Source: Hyphomonadaceae bacterium (GTDB lineage Bacteria; Pseudomonadota; Alphaproteobacteria; Caulobacterales; Aquidulcibacteraceae). From it: a stretch of 58,680 nt of DNA. This document shows, one piece after another, positions 9,609 to 19,191 of the stretch. Positions within the stretch are counted from its first letter, which is position 1. Every line of letters starts with the position of its first letter. A program made the translations under genes and the position numbers. The stretch spans positions 1 to 58,680 of the forward strand of contig JBEINE010000001.1 in the NCBI GenBank assembly GCA_040378245.1, read 5' to 3'. The notes beneath the pieces are model-generated. The model saw only the letters and a program-made list of their open reading frames with translations, did no database searches and had not been told where the DNA came from.

Positions 9609-10657
9609 CGCAGCATGTCATGCTCTTCGAGCGCTCGCCAAAAGCGCTCGCTCTGCGCCTTGATCACGTCTTCCGACTGCAACGCCGCTGGCGTCAAGAA
9701 CCAGCAGGCCCCTCTATAGGATTGGCGCGTATAAAGCGCCCATGCATCATCAAAGTCGGGCGCGGGACAGCCCAGTTTCGTCAGTCGATCCAGATATAAT
9801 TGCAACAGCTCGCGCTCATGCGCCTTGCGATCGGCTGGCGCTAGCGAACCGACCAAAAAATAATTCACGTCATGCACCCAATTCCCAGCCATGACGCACT
9901 GCCAGTCCAACAGGCCGAGGCGGCCATCGGGCAGGAAATACCAGTTGCCAAGATGAGCATCGCCGTGAAGAAAGCAACTTGGTCCGGAGATGCCATCCGC
10001 TTTTGCATCCGCCGCGCGCGGCAGGAGATAGGCCGGGTCACGCAATCTCTCCGGGATTGTCTCACACCGCGGCAATGCAAGATGCGCCGTCCACAGTGCG
10101 GACAATGTCGCCAAGCGTTGATCCTTGGCCAGCGAGCCCCCGGCGACCCCAAGCAGCGACAATTGCGCGCTATCCCACCAGCGCGCGTGATAAGCCGCCA
10201 TTTGCAGCAAGCCCTTGGAAACTTGCTCGGGGGCAATGGGATGCGCCCCATCAACAAAAGTCGCGCCAGCATCCAGCAGGTCGGAAATCAGCACGGCACC
10301 CGGTACGCCGTCGATGCCCTGCGAGGCGAAATAGCATAAGGGTGCCTCAACCACAGCCAGGCAGCCAAAATGGTGATAAAACAGCGCTTCATGCTCATGG
10401 GCATTCCAGACAGTGGCGCTATGGGCCTCAAAGCCGCCCTTGAACCACATCGTGGGCGGCAAACCATGGTCGCGGCCAACTTCATTATATTGCAGTTTCA
10501 AGCGCAGTTTCGTGCCAGTCCCCCGGATGACCTGATCATGCTCGACGTGTGTGACCTTGGTGCCGGGCCATCGAAGGCATAGCGCGTCGGTCAAGAAGCC
10601 GGCGTCAACCTCATCAATCGTTTTCGGCAAGCCGACGCTGCTGGATTGAACCGGCAT
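9605..10657 (-). CDS. APH/choline-kinase-like phosphotransferase (ecdysteroid kinase-like)
   Basis: HGDAHLGN (Brenner motif), LLDWQ, DVNYFL. Confidence 0.85.
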   Translation of the reverse strand: MPVQSSSVGLPKTIDEVDAGFLTDALCLRWPGTKVTHVEHDQVIRGTGTKLRLKLQYNEVGRDHGLPPTMWFKGGFEAHSATVWNAHEHEALFYHHFGCLAVVEAPLCYFASQGIDGVPGAVLISDLLDAGATFVDGAHPIAPEQVSKGLLQMAAYHARWWDSAQLSLLGVAGGSLAKDQRLATLSALWTAHLALPRCETIPERLRDPAYLLPRAADAKADGISGPSCFLHGDAHLGNWYFLPDGRLGLLDWQCVMAGNWVHDVNYFLVGSLAPADRKAHERELLQLYLDRLTKLGCPAPDFDDAWALYTRQSYRGACWFLTPAALQSEDVIKAQSERFWRALEEHDMLR

Positions 10658-10677
10658 AGAGCGTCCTTCTCGCGCCT

Positions 10678-11880
10678 TCAGTCGAACAATGTGTCTGGCA
10701 GCACATCATCGACCACCGTCTGCGCGAACAGCATGGCCGCCATCGCCAGTGCGAGACCGACAATGCTGACAACACCCAAGGCTGCATAGCCGCCCAGACC
10801 CATCGCGACGCTGCCGATGGCCGGGCCTGCAGCATTGCCGAATGCGTTGATCACAGAGGAAGAGGATGCCAATCGGCCAGACCGGTCAAGCCGTGCTAAC
10901 AGATCGAGAAACTCAATTGCAGAAAAGGCGATCGCGATGTTCAAGAAAACCGCCGCAAGCATGAACGCATAGAAGCTTTCGGCCATCATCATGCCGACGG
11001 TGGCCGCTCCCGTCGTCGCCATTGCCAGCAGCAATAGCCTGCGGTGATCCTTTCTTTCACCTAGGGCGGCGGCCAATGCCGGACCAATCAGGGAGGCTAT
11101 GGCACTCACACCCAAAGCCAAATTCACATCCGATAGCGCGATGCCATTAGACGTTCCTAACCGGACGGCAAATGGCCACAACGCGTAGGTTGCGGCAAAA
11201 GACAGTCCGTAGCTCGCCAGCAGCGCGGCGGACGGCCCCGAAGTCAACGACAAATGGGCAACCGGAATATTGCGCCGAACGACAGGAAGCGCAGGAGCCG
11301 AAAGCAGCCCAACCGCCGCGATCGCCGCTGCGATCAAAAAAATCACTGTCGGTCCGGCAATTCCGGCCAGTGCCTGCTCGAAAACAAAAATCAGGGTTCC
11401 CAAGATGATCGTCAATGCGCCCATAAGGCCCGCACCGAATATCGGCTTTTTTAGCGCAGATAACGCCGCATTGGAGGCACATAGTCCACAGCCGGCACCA
11501 ATTCCTGCCACTAACCGAAGAATGAAAAGCCCTTCAAGGGCACCATGCCAAAATAAGATTGAGATATTGGCCAATGCTGCAACCAGCATTCCGAAGATCG
11601 CCAATTTACGGACCGATATTCGCACGATACGCGGCGAGAAATAAAGTCCGGCCAGCATGATCCCCAAAAATTCGATGGCAATCAAAAAGCCGGCAATCTC
11701 ATTTGTCAGGCGATATGTCCGGACATAGGCGTTGACCATCACAGGCGACGCAAGAATGCTGACCTGCGCGCAGCAGCCCACAGCAGCAACCGCCCACAAC
11801 GCCAGCCAAGGTTGCCGGGTTGGTCCGCCGAGGCTGGTCGATATCGAATCTGTATCCGATGTGGGCAATCGAACGCTCAA
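10678..11880 (-). CDS. MFS transporter
   Basis: ~12 hydrophobic segments, LRLVAGIGAG; overlaps the stop codon of the upstream gene. Confidence 0.85.
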   Translation of the reverse strand: MSVRLPTSDTDSISTSLGGPTRQPWLALWAVAAVGCCAQVSILASPVMVNAYVRTYRLTNEIAGFLIAIEFLGIMLAGLYFSPRIVRISVRKLAIFGMLVAALANISILFWHGALEGLFILRLVAGIGAGCGLCASNAALSALKKPIFGAGLMGALTIILGTLIFVFEQALAGIAGPTVIFLIAAAIAAVGLLSAPALPVVRRNIPVAHLSLTSGPSAALLASYGLSFAATYALWPFAVRLGTSNGIALSDVNLALGVSAIASLIGPALAAALGERKDHRRLLLLAMATTGAATVGMMMAESFYAFMLAAVFLNIAIAFSAIEFLDLLARLDRSGRLASSSSVINAFGNAAGPAIGSVAMGLGGYAALGVVSIVGLALAMAAMLFAQTVVDDVLPDTLFD

Positions 11881-12812
11881 GTTGTGCTGCCCATCGTCGG
11901 ACTCCGGACGAGCGGCAATGTCGTACAGCGGAAAGAGCCAGGCAATGTCGTGACATCATCATAAGGCACTGGAACCGGTGTCAGGCCATGTTGCGCGAGT
12001 GCTTCCGCCACCCGCCGCGCGCTTTCCTTAACGATCGTCTTGCCGCCGCCCAATGGGACAACGTTGATTTGGACGTCCCTTTGTTCCGTATCCGTTACCG
12101 GAACCAGTTCGAAACGACTTTCCAGAAATTTCAAACTGGCAGGCGCAAATGCACTGATCTGCGCCAGCGCAAGGCGCGGACCGACGACTGCCAGCTTGCA
12201 GTCGAGATGAATGACCCCGCGGTGCGAAAAATGAATCGGCACAACTTCGCGGTCGATTTTCTGTTGCTCAAGAAGGTAGCGCAGGGCGTCCACACCCTTG
12301 GCGTCGCTCTCTTCGCTTTGCCCCACCATGACGATCCCCTCATCGAGCATTACGTCACCACCCTCGACCGAACCGCTGTCCAACCATCCAACCTTGGGCA
12401 ATCGGGACCTGATCGGTCGCATCCCGATTTGTTCATTTTGACGATACTGCCGACGAGGCCGAGCGGCGACGAAAAGATCATCAATGACAAATCCGATGTC
12501 GCGGGTGCCATATTGACTGAATATTTCCCGAATGAAATCCGGCTCATGGACGATAGCGCCGTGATCTTCCAGCACCTGACGGAAGTTGCGGTGCTGGGCC
12601 TCTGCTTTTTTCCAATCGAACGGGCGAATACGATTGTGCATCATCTGGCGCAACAGCCCGGCGTCAAAGACCTCCCGCCAAGCAAAGGATGTCTCACGAA
12701 TGGGCGACCAAACAACATGGCGCAGAGTGTCATACTCTCGGCCAACAAATGCCGAAATCGGTTCCGGCGCATCCGTTCGATACGAAATGTCTGTGATTAA
12801 ATGCTCCGTCAT
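11877..12812 (-). CDS. Amidinotransferase-superfamily hydrolase (DDAH/arginine-deiminase-like)
   Basis: EYDTLRHV, TRDIGF, EGGD, HLD, GSFRCTTLPLVR (Cys-His-Asp/Glu pentein motifs); start at ATG 12812, 4 nt after the ALDH stop. Confidence 0.88.
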   Translation of the reverse strand: MTEHLITDISYRTDAPEPISAFVGREYDTLRHVVWSPIRETSFAWREVFDAGLLRQMMHNRIRPFDWKKAEAQHRNFRQVLEDHGAIVHEPDFIREIFSQYGTRDIGFVIDDLFVAARPRRQYRQNEQIGMRPIRSRLPKVGWLDSGSVEGGDVMLDEGIVMVGQSEESDAKGVDALRYLLEQQKIDREVVPIHFSHRGVIHLDCKLAVVGPRLALAQISAFAPASLKFLESRFELVPVTDTEQRDVQINVVPLGGGKTIVKESARRVAEALAQHGLTPVPVPYDDVTTLPGSFRCTTLPLVRSPTMGSTT

Positions 12813-12816
12813 CGGT

Positions 12817-14310
12817 TTACCCAGCCCGAAAGGAGATGGCTTTTTCTTCGCAATATTCGCGGAGCCACCCACTTCCATATTCCCGTCCGATGCCCGAGCG
12901 CTTGTAACCACCATAGGGGGCATGACTTGACATTTTGCCGTTGCCGCCATTGATCGTCATCATGCCTGCGCGCACCTGAAGCGCCATTTCATAGGCCTTT
13001 GCTGCATCGCCCGAGTAAATAGCGCCGGCCAAACCAAAGTGAGAATCGTTCGCCAACGCGATCGCCTCTTCATCGGTATCATAGCCCATAACCGCACAGA
13101 CCGGACCGAAAATTTCCTCCCGAGCAAGCGCCGAACCATTGTCGACATTATCGAAGATAGTCGGTTCGAAGAAGTAGCCCTTGCCCAACCCCTCTGGGCG
13201 TCGCCCTCCAGCGACCAGCGTGGCACCATCGGCAATGGCCTGCTCGACATAATGTTCTACTTTCGCTCGCTGCGTTTCGCGGATCAGGGGTCCCATTGAT
13301 GTTGCGGGATTCGCAGGATCGCCGATCTGAACATAGCCGGTCATGGCTTTCAGCATCTCGACATAGGCTGGGCGCACCGAATTATGGACAATGTGGCGGG
13401 TCAGACAAGCACAGCCTTGGCCACTGTGAATGATAAAGCCGCCAAGCCCCGATGCGGCCGCAGCCTGAAGGTTGGCATCTGCCGTGACGATCATTGCGGA
13501 CTTGCCACCAAGTTCGAGCAGCACACGCTTGAGCGAATTTGCCGCCTGCCCCATGATGGCGCTGCCGACAATATCGGAACCCGTGAAAGTTACCATGTCG
13601 ACCCTGGAGTCGTTGGACATCAACGCGCCCACCTCGCTCCCGCCGGTGACAATGTTCAAAACCCCGCGCGGAATTCCGGCTTCTTCTGCCGCTTCCGCCA
13701 GCAAGAGCGCGGAAAAAGGGGTGAAGGGAGATGGCTTCAATACAATCGAATTGCCCATCACCAATGCAGGGCCGACTTTCGCCACATTCATAAAGAAAGG
13801 AAAATTATAGGGGGTAATGGCAGCGACCACACCGATCGGTTCACGCACGACGACCCCTGCGCCCAATATCATGCCACCATTTGGGTTGGCCAGATCTGGC
13901 GTCAATTCGGGCGTCAAAGCTTCCATCGCAACCCGGGGCGCTTCATGAATCGCATATTGCAGATGCTCCATGGGCGTTGAGAACTGTATGGTCTGCGCCA
14001 GCATTTGCGTCGAGCCGGCCTCAACGACCAGCAGATGTTGAATGGCTTTGGCCTTTTGTTGAAGGACGCCATGGAATTTTTGGAGAATTACGACGCGGTC
14101 ATTAACCGACATCCGCGCCCACGGCCCTGTGTCAAAAGCTTGCCGGGCAGCGCCGATCGCGGCGTCGGTGTCTTTCTGATTGCCGACAGGAGCTTGTCCG
14201 ATCACTTCCTCAGTCGCGGGGTTCAAAACTGCCTCAAAGTCGCCAGACTGCGGCACAGCCCAGTCGCCGTCAATGTAGAGCCGGTCCAAGCCTTTGAAAC
14301 CCAAATCCAT
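12817..14310 (-). CDS. Aldehyde dehydrogenase
   Basis: ITPYNFP, FTGS, LELGGKS, GQGC, EEIFGP. Confidence 0.95.
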   Translation of the reverse strand: MDLGFKGLDRLYIDGDWAVPQSGDFEAVLNPATEEVIGQAPVGNQKDTDAAIGAARQAFDTGPWARMSVNDRVVILQKFHGVLQQKAKAIQHLLVVEAGSTQMLAQTIQFSTPMEHLQYAIHEAPRVAMEALTPELTPDLANPNGGMILGAGVVVREPIGVVAAITPYNFPFFMNVAKVGPALVMGNSIVLKPSPFTPFSALLLAEAAEEAGIPRGVLNIVTGGSEVGALMSNDSRVDMVTFTGSDIVGSAIMGQAANSLKRVLLELGGKSAMIVTADANLQAAAASGLGGFIIHSGQGCACLTRHIVHNSVRPAYVEMLKAMTGYVQIGDPANPATSMGPLIRETQRAKVEHYVEQAIADGATLVAGGRRPEGLGKGYFFEPTIFDNVDNGSALAREEIFGPVCAVMGYDTDEEAIALANDSHFGLAGAIYSGDAAKAYEMALQVRAGMMTINGGNGKMSSHAPYGGYKRSGIGREYGSGWLREYCEEKAISFRAG

Positions 14311-14366
14311 AAATCAAAATCCTTGTGATTGGTACCGGCACGGCCAACCGCGCCAAAAACGAATTT

Positions 14367-14385
14367 AACTGAATGACCGTCAGTT
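14367..14385. promoter_or_regulatory. Island operator copy AACTGAATGACCGTCAGTT
   Basis: Palindrome upstream of the ALDH-DDAH-MFS-kinase operon; TATAAC on the minus strand overlaps its edge. Confidence 0.8.
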
Positions 14386-14690
14386 ATAGCGCAAGCGATC
14401 GTTCGACGCAAGCAACTTTGATGGGCTGGGCGGCACGCGCAATTTCGACCGATTGGGTCTAGAAATCGCCTGTCAGTTGGCAGGGCCGGATGAACCCGGC
14501 CGGGCGGGCTGAAACGATCTTTTCGGCAAACAGCTGCCTTTGAGTCGCTGCGGCCACGTCTTGAGAAGGCAAGGGAAAGGCCATAACCGCTACTTCCAGA
14601 AACGGAGCGAACGAAAATCCCTTGCCTGATAAGCGCGGTTAAGGCTGTCGCCTCCAGACGAAAGATACAAACTTGCGATGACACCAACTT

Positions 14691-14709
14691 GTGTTACAGG
14701 CAGTCAGTT
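14691..14709. promoter_or_regulatory. Operator half-site (GTCAGTT) upstream of tetR, possible autoregulation
   Basis: Right half perfect, left half degenerate (GTGTTAC). Confidence 0.4.
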
Positions 14710-14749
14710 TTAAAGCTGGTGTTATTCTTGAAGCGGTAAGGATCGGATC

Positions 14750-15442
14750 GTGAGAAAAAAAAGTGGTTCGGAAACGAACCAGCAAGGGCAATCGTTGGGG
14801 GACAAGGGTCGCCGCACAAGAGCGCGGCTCTTGGAGGCGGCTACCAAGCTGCTCAAGACAAGGTCCGTGAGGGAAATGACCGTTATGGACATTGCAAAGC
14901 GGGCCAAGACCTCATCGGCCACCTTTTATCTATATTTCAAAGACGTCGAAGACGTAGTCTTAGCGCTAACCCATCAAACCGGGCAAGGCAGCGACGCACT
15001 TTTGCGTTTGTTGGAGAAGCCGTGGAACGAAACCGAGATGCTTGGAAACTGTGTTGAATTCATCAATCTTTATAGGGCCAACTGGGAAACTAATCGCGAA
15101 GTACTTCGAGCGCGTAATTTGGAAGCCGATCGAGGCAATGAGAAGTTTATTTTGAGCCGTCTCGACGATGCCCTTCCCATTCTTGACACAATCGCGGCGA
15201 AAATCGTGGAGTCTCACAACCTCACTTCATCCGAACAACATAAGGCTTTTGCCCTTGGATCGGTTATCTATTCGGCGATGGAGAGGATCGCAGCCACGCA
15301 TCCCGTGAAGGACCGGGTGCGCGGCGTATGGCGCAACGAAATACGCGATGCCGAAGCTATATTGCTTGCGATTCTGATAAGCGGCAGCATCCCGTCGCAA
15401 TTTCTGAATGAAAAACAGATATTTATTGACCCTGATATTTAG
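14750..15442 (+). CDS. TetR/AcrR family transcriptional regulator
   Basis: RTRARLLEAA...TVMDIAKRAKTSSATFYLYF HTH; the only transcription factor in the window. Confidence 0.93.
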   Translation: MRKKSGSETNQQGQSLGDKGRRTRARLLEAATKLLKTRSVREMTVMDIAKRAKTSSATFYLYFKDVEDVVLALTHQTGQGSDALLRLLEKPWNETEMLGNCVEFINLYRANWETNREVLRARNLEADRGNEKFILSRLDDALPILDTIAAKIVESHNLTSSEQHKAFALGSVIYSAMERIAATHPVKDRVRGVWRNEIRDAEAILLAILISGSIPSQFLNEKQIFIDPDI

Positions 15443-15506
15443 GATACGGGAATTTCAGAGCAGGCCTTACTTTACTCTACACCCCTTTAGGTATTTGGTC
15501 CTTACC

Positions 15507-16267
15507 TTAACTTATAATAATTGGATCACCACCTGTGATGCGCATTGTCTCGCCTGTGATGAAGCTGGCGGCGTCGCCGTTCAGGTTTAACATCATTGAG
15601 ACAATATTTTTTATTTCGCCGCGACGCTTTACCAACTGAAAATTGTTTATGAAGTGATCAAACATTTCCGGAATTTCACTGGCGACATTCGGAGTTGCAA
15701 TTAATCCTGGCGAGATACAGTTAACACGAATTCGGTCAGGTGCCAGCTCGGTCGCGAAAGCCACCGTCAGCCCCCGCACCTCTATCTTAAAGACTGCATA
15801 GGGGCTGTTGGCTAGTGACGCAGCCATCGAAGCAATATTGACGATCGACCCCCCACCGCGCGAAACCATATACGGCTTAGCTGCCAGCGTGCACTGGACG
15901 ATGCCAATCACATTGACCTCAAACAGACGCCGCGTCTCTGCATTGGTGATCACACCGAAGCTGCGGGCATATTTCATCAAATGTAGGCCGGCATTGTTGA
16001 TCGGCATATCGATCCCGCCCAGAGATTCTGCGGTCAGAGCCATTGCCGCTTCAACCTGGCTTCATCAGCCACATCGCAGTGCACAGCGATGACTTTGGCA
16101 CCTTTGGCCTCCAGATCAGCCGCTACGCGTTTCGTTCCGGCATCGTCGATGTCAAACAACGCAATTGCGGCGCCCCGATCCGCAAAAGCATGGGCAAATG
16201 CCTCGCCGAGACCCGCGCCGCCCCCGGTGACAACCATCACCTTGCCGTTGAAATCCTGATTGCTCAT
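15507..16267 (-). pseudogene. SDR oxidoreductase split by a frameshift (~16058)
   Basis: N-terminal ORF 16034..16267 (VTGGGAGLG...CDVADEA) and C-terminal ORF 15507..16043 (NNAG, YAVFK) join if one C is restored in GCC-(C)AG-GTT. Confidence 0.8.
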
Positions 16268-16433
16268 CTTCTCTGCCTTTCTTTCAGCAAGGAAACAAAG
16301 TCGCTAATCCAAGCCACGCACCCAAACACATCCGACAGAGCGATCACACCACGTCCAAAGCAGCGCAAGCGTCAAACATGTTCTCGCACATCGGCGGGCG
16401 CAACGGGCCTGTGCGTCCGCACCGTTGGCTGAC

Positions 16434-18629
16434 CTAGCTTCTTGTTTTGGGCAGTTCCAAAGCTGACTCAGCGATAATGCTTCGCATGATCTCGCTACTG
16501 CCTCCGTAAATAGACGTTGCGGTTGAGTGCCGGTAAGCCAGTTCGAACTTCTCATCACCGTGCAGGAGCGAATCCGGGGCAGTCAGGTCAAGCAGTTCAC
16601 TTGCGTCGCTGATATAGGCCTCGGTAGCAAACAGCTTCCCCATTGGGCCGAAGCTGCGATTGGCCAGGCCCGTGCTTCCCGCCCACAGAGCACGGCGCGC
16701 AAGCAGATCCGCAGCGTAGCTATTCACGGCAACGACAGACAGACGGGCACGAACCGCCGGATCCTGGATCGCAGATTGGCCGTTACGGCTCGTTGCCTTT
16801 GCCCAGCTTACCGCATTTTTGAGCAAGCGAGCATGGTCCAGTGGATAGCCTGTATCAGCATGCTCCATCGACAACGCGGCCCCAATGACCGCAGCCCCGC
16901 TCCCTATCTCACCAAGCCGATAATGGTCGGGAACCCGGACATCACTATAAAATGTGATGTTTGTCCGTTCATCCGATAGGGTGTGGATGGCTTGCACCTC
17001 AACGCCGCGGGCGTCGAGCGGGACAAGAAAGATCGTGAGGCCGCGATGCTTGGCTTCATTTGGGTCGCTGCGGGTCAGCAGCAACACATATTGGGCGATG
17101 TCTGCGCCGCTCGTGAACATTTTCTGGCCATTAATTAACCAACTGCCATCATTTTCACGAGCCGCAGCGGTTTTCGTGGCAAAAACATCGGAACCTGCCG
17201 AGGGCTCGGAAAAGCCGAAACTTGCGATAGCCTCGCCTTTTGCAAATCTAGGAAGGACTTCGGCTTTCAATTGATCGTTTCCGAACATCATCACACAATG
17301 CGCGACCATATTTGTCACCTGGATTGCATGACGCGTCCAACGTGCTTCATGGAAGGCTGCGGCCAGAGCTGCCATTTGAAAAGCATCGCGCTGCTCGCCG
17401 CCATGTTCGCGGGGCCAGTCTGGAAACAACAACCCTTCTTCGGCGAGACGTTTCTGGATGAGCGGATGATGCCCTTCCCAACTATGATGGGCATGAGGTC
17501 GCAATTCAGGCGTGATTTCTGCATCGAAGAACCGCTTGGCCCGTTCCGCAAATGCCAAAGCGTCATCGTCAAAATCAAATTCCAATTCGATATCACCGGC
17601 TTCGGGCAAACTGACTGTCTCGCCCTCCCACAGTCGGCGGCCCATGCGGTCCAGTTCATTTCTTGGATCGCCTGCGATAAGGGCCCAAGACTTTGCCCGC
17701 AGATGGTAGAGCTGGATGTCATACTCCAGCGAAAGTCCATATCCTCCAAAAACGTGGAGCGAGCGGGCAACGGCACGGCTGGCGATTTGCGAAGACCGCC
17801 AGAATGCCCCTGACAATCGCGCGCCTGCGTCTCGTCGACCACGCGCGATCGCCCAAATGCTGCTCCAGCACAAGAGCCGACCCGCCTCGATTTCTACCAA
17901 AGAATCGGCAAGCGGGTGCGCGATAGCCTGAAACGATCCGATTGGCCTGCCAAACTGGACACGCTCTTTGGCGTAGTCAGCGGCCATCTGGACGGCTTGA
18001 GCGCTAAGCCCAATCAAGGCCGCAGCCTTCAACAGCTTCCATTCTTCAATCGCACTTTCGAACAGCGCAACAGCTTGCGCGCCGCTGGCCAATATCGTGG
18101 CCCTTTGGTCGGGGTCATCGACTGACCACCTCGCAACGAGGCTTGATCCCATATCCTCGGTCTTCTGAGGTGGGCTTTGCCTTTCGATCAAATAGATGTT
18201 CTGATCGTGCCGCAAGAGCACGGCATTGGCCGCACTTCCTCCATATACAAGCTGCGAAGGGCTATCATGGACGCCTAAGGCAAGGACAACTCTTCCCTCA
18301 ATCACCCCTGATACGAAATTTTGCGCGTCATCGCTGCCCATCTGCGTAAGAAGGCGAGCTGCAACAATTGTTTCGATGAGGGGGCCTGGAACCAAAGCGC
18401 GTCCCACCTCTTCTGCGATTAGTGCAGCCGCAAGCAGACTCGCATCGCCGCCGGTTGGGGCAGGCACCCGGACGGCAAATAACCCCATATCCGCATATTG
18501 GGACCATAAGGTCCGATCCAAACCGGATTGCTCGGATGATCGAACAGCAGCCATTCCGACCTCGCTCGCAAAAAAGCGGGCGAAAGTTTCGCGGAGCATT
18601 TCATTTTCTGGAGTGAGGGCGAAATTCAC
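16434..18629 (-). CDS. Two-domain (fused) acyl-CoA dehydrogenase, FadE34/ChsE3-like architecture
   Basis: 731 aa; N-half beta-type (QFGRPIGSFQAIAH, VFGGYG), C-half alpha-type (FSEPSAGSD, NGQKMFTS, IYGGSSEI). Confidence 0.9.
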   Translation of the reverse strand: MNFALTPENEMLRETFARFFASEVGMAAVRSSEQSGLDRTLWSQYADMGLFAVRVPAPTGGDASLLAAALIAEEVGRALVPGPLIETIVAARLLTQMGSDDAQNFVSGVIEGRVVLALGVHDSPSQLVYGGSAANAVLLRHDQNIYLIERQSPPQKTEDMGSSLVARWSVDDPDQRATILASGAQAVALFESAIEEWKLLKAAALIGLSAQAVQMAADYAKERVQFGRPIGSFQAIAHPLADSLVEIEAGRLLCWSSIWAIARGRRDAGARLSGAFWRSSQIASRAVARSLHVFGGYGLSLEYDIQLYHLRAKSWALIAGDPRNELDRMGRRLWEGETVSLPEAGDIELEFDFDDDALAFAERAKRFFDAEITPELRPHAHHSWEGHHPLIQKRLAEEGLLFPDWPREHGGEQRDAFQMAALAAAFHEARWTRHAIQVTNMVAHCVMMFGNDQLKAEVLPRFAKGEAIASFGFSEPSAGSDVFATKTAAARENDGSWLINGQKMFTSGADIAQYVLLLTRSDPNEAKHRGLTIFLVPLDARGVEVQAIHTLSDERTNITFYSDVRVPDHYRLGEIGSGAAVIGAALSMEHADTGYPLDHARLLKNAVSWAKATSRNGQSAIQDPAVRARLSVVAVNSYAADLLARRALWAGSTGLANRSFGPMGKLFATEAYISDASELLDLTAPDSLLHGDEKFELAYRHSTATSIYGGSSEIMRSIIAESALELPKTRS

Positions 18630-18701
18630 TTTGTCATAAACTCCTGAGGTGGCGGCGATTGGCGCCGTGCTCGAATTGAGCAGGGTGCTGGTTGCGGTTA
18701 A

Positions 18702-19022
18702 CTAGATTTGAGATGCCGGAACGATAACCTGCAGGCCATCATGCTCGGGCGCCAGCTCAACCTGGCAAGCCAGGCGGCTGGTCGGAGACGGATCGCAAAC
18801 CATCTCCAAAGTACTTACCTCTATGTCGTTCGGCGCTAAAAGGCGATCCCACCACTCGGGCGCGATATGAACATGGCAAGTGGCACATGTGCATGCACCA
18901 CCACAATCAGCCATTATCCCACGGATATCATTGTTAACAGCCGCTCTCATCAGGGATTCGCCGGCTTCCGCACCACATTGTACAGTATCGCCAGATGGCA
19001 TCACAAAACTGATATTGATCAT
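18702..19022 (-). CDS. [2Fe-2S] ferredoxin, putidaredoxin/adrenodoxin type
   Basis: ADCGGACTCATCHV...SRLACQ. Confidence 0.95.
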   Translation of the reverse strand: MINISFVMPSGDTVQCGAEAGESLMRAAVNNDIRGIMADCGGACTCATCHVHIAPEWWDRLLAPNDIEVSTLEMVCDPSPTSRLACQVELAPEHDGLQVIVPASQI

Positions 19023-19121
19023 CCTGATCCTCTCTATCGAACGGCCCGGCGCGTGACGCCAAAAATTCTGGTAGCAATTAATGTCGTTGGAGAGATTGCC
19101 ATTCTCGACCTCCTCGGATAT

Positions 19122-19140
19122 AACCGATACAGTGTCAGTT
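19122..19140. promoter_or_regulatory. Island operator copy AACCGATACAGTGTCAGTT
   Basis: Palindrome in the divergent ferredoxin/ACAD promoter region. Confidence 0.8.
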
Positions 19141-19191
19141 TATGGGTTGCAAGGGCCTTGTGCGCCTTGGCCGCTTCAGAAAAGGATGAGT

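Noticed and set aside
11820-12800. Long antisense ORFs (also 642..1439, 29217..30254, 51420..52577, 53631..54980)
   Set aside because: They are shadows of well-supported genes on the opposite strand in GC-rich DNA, with no recognisable motifs.
18627-18645. Out-of-frame ATG ACA AAG TGA just upstream of the fused ACAD (possible 1-nt frameshift or leader peptide)
   Set aside because: The in-frame GTG at 18629 has a usable AGGAG upstream and gives a normal MNFAL.. ACAD start; there is no evidence for more.
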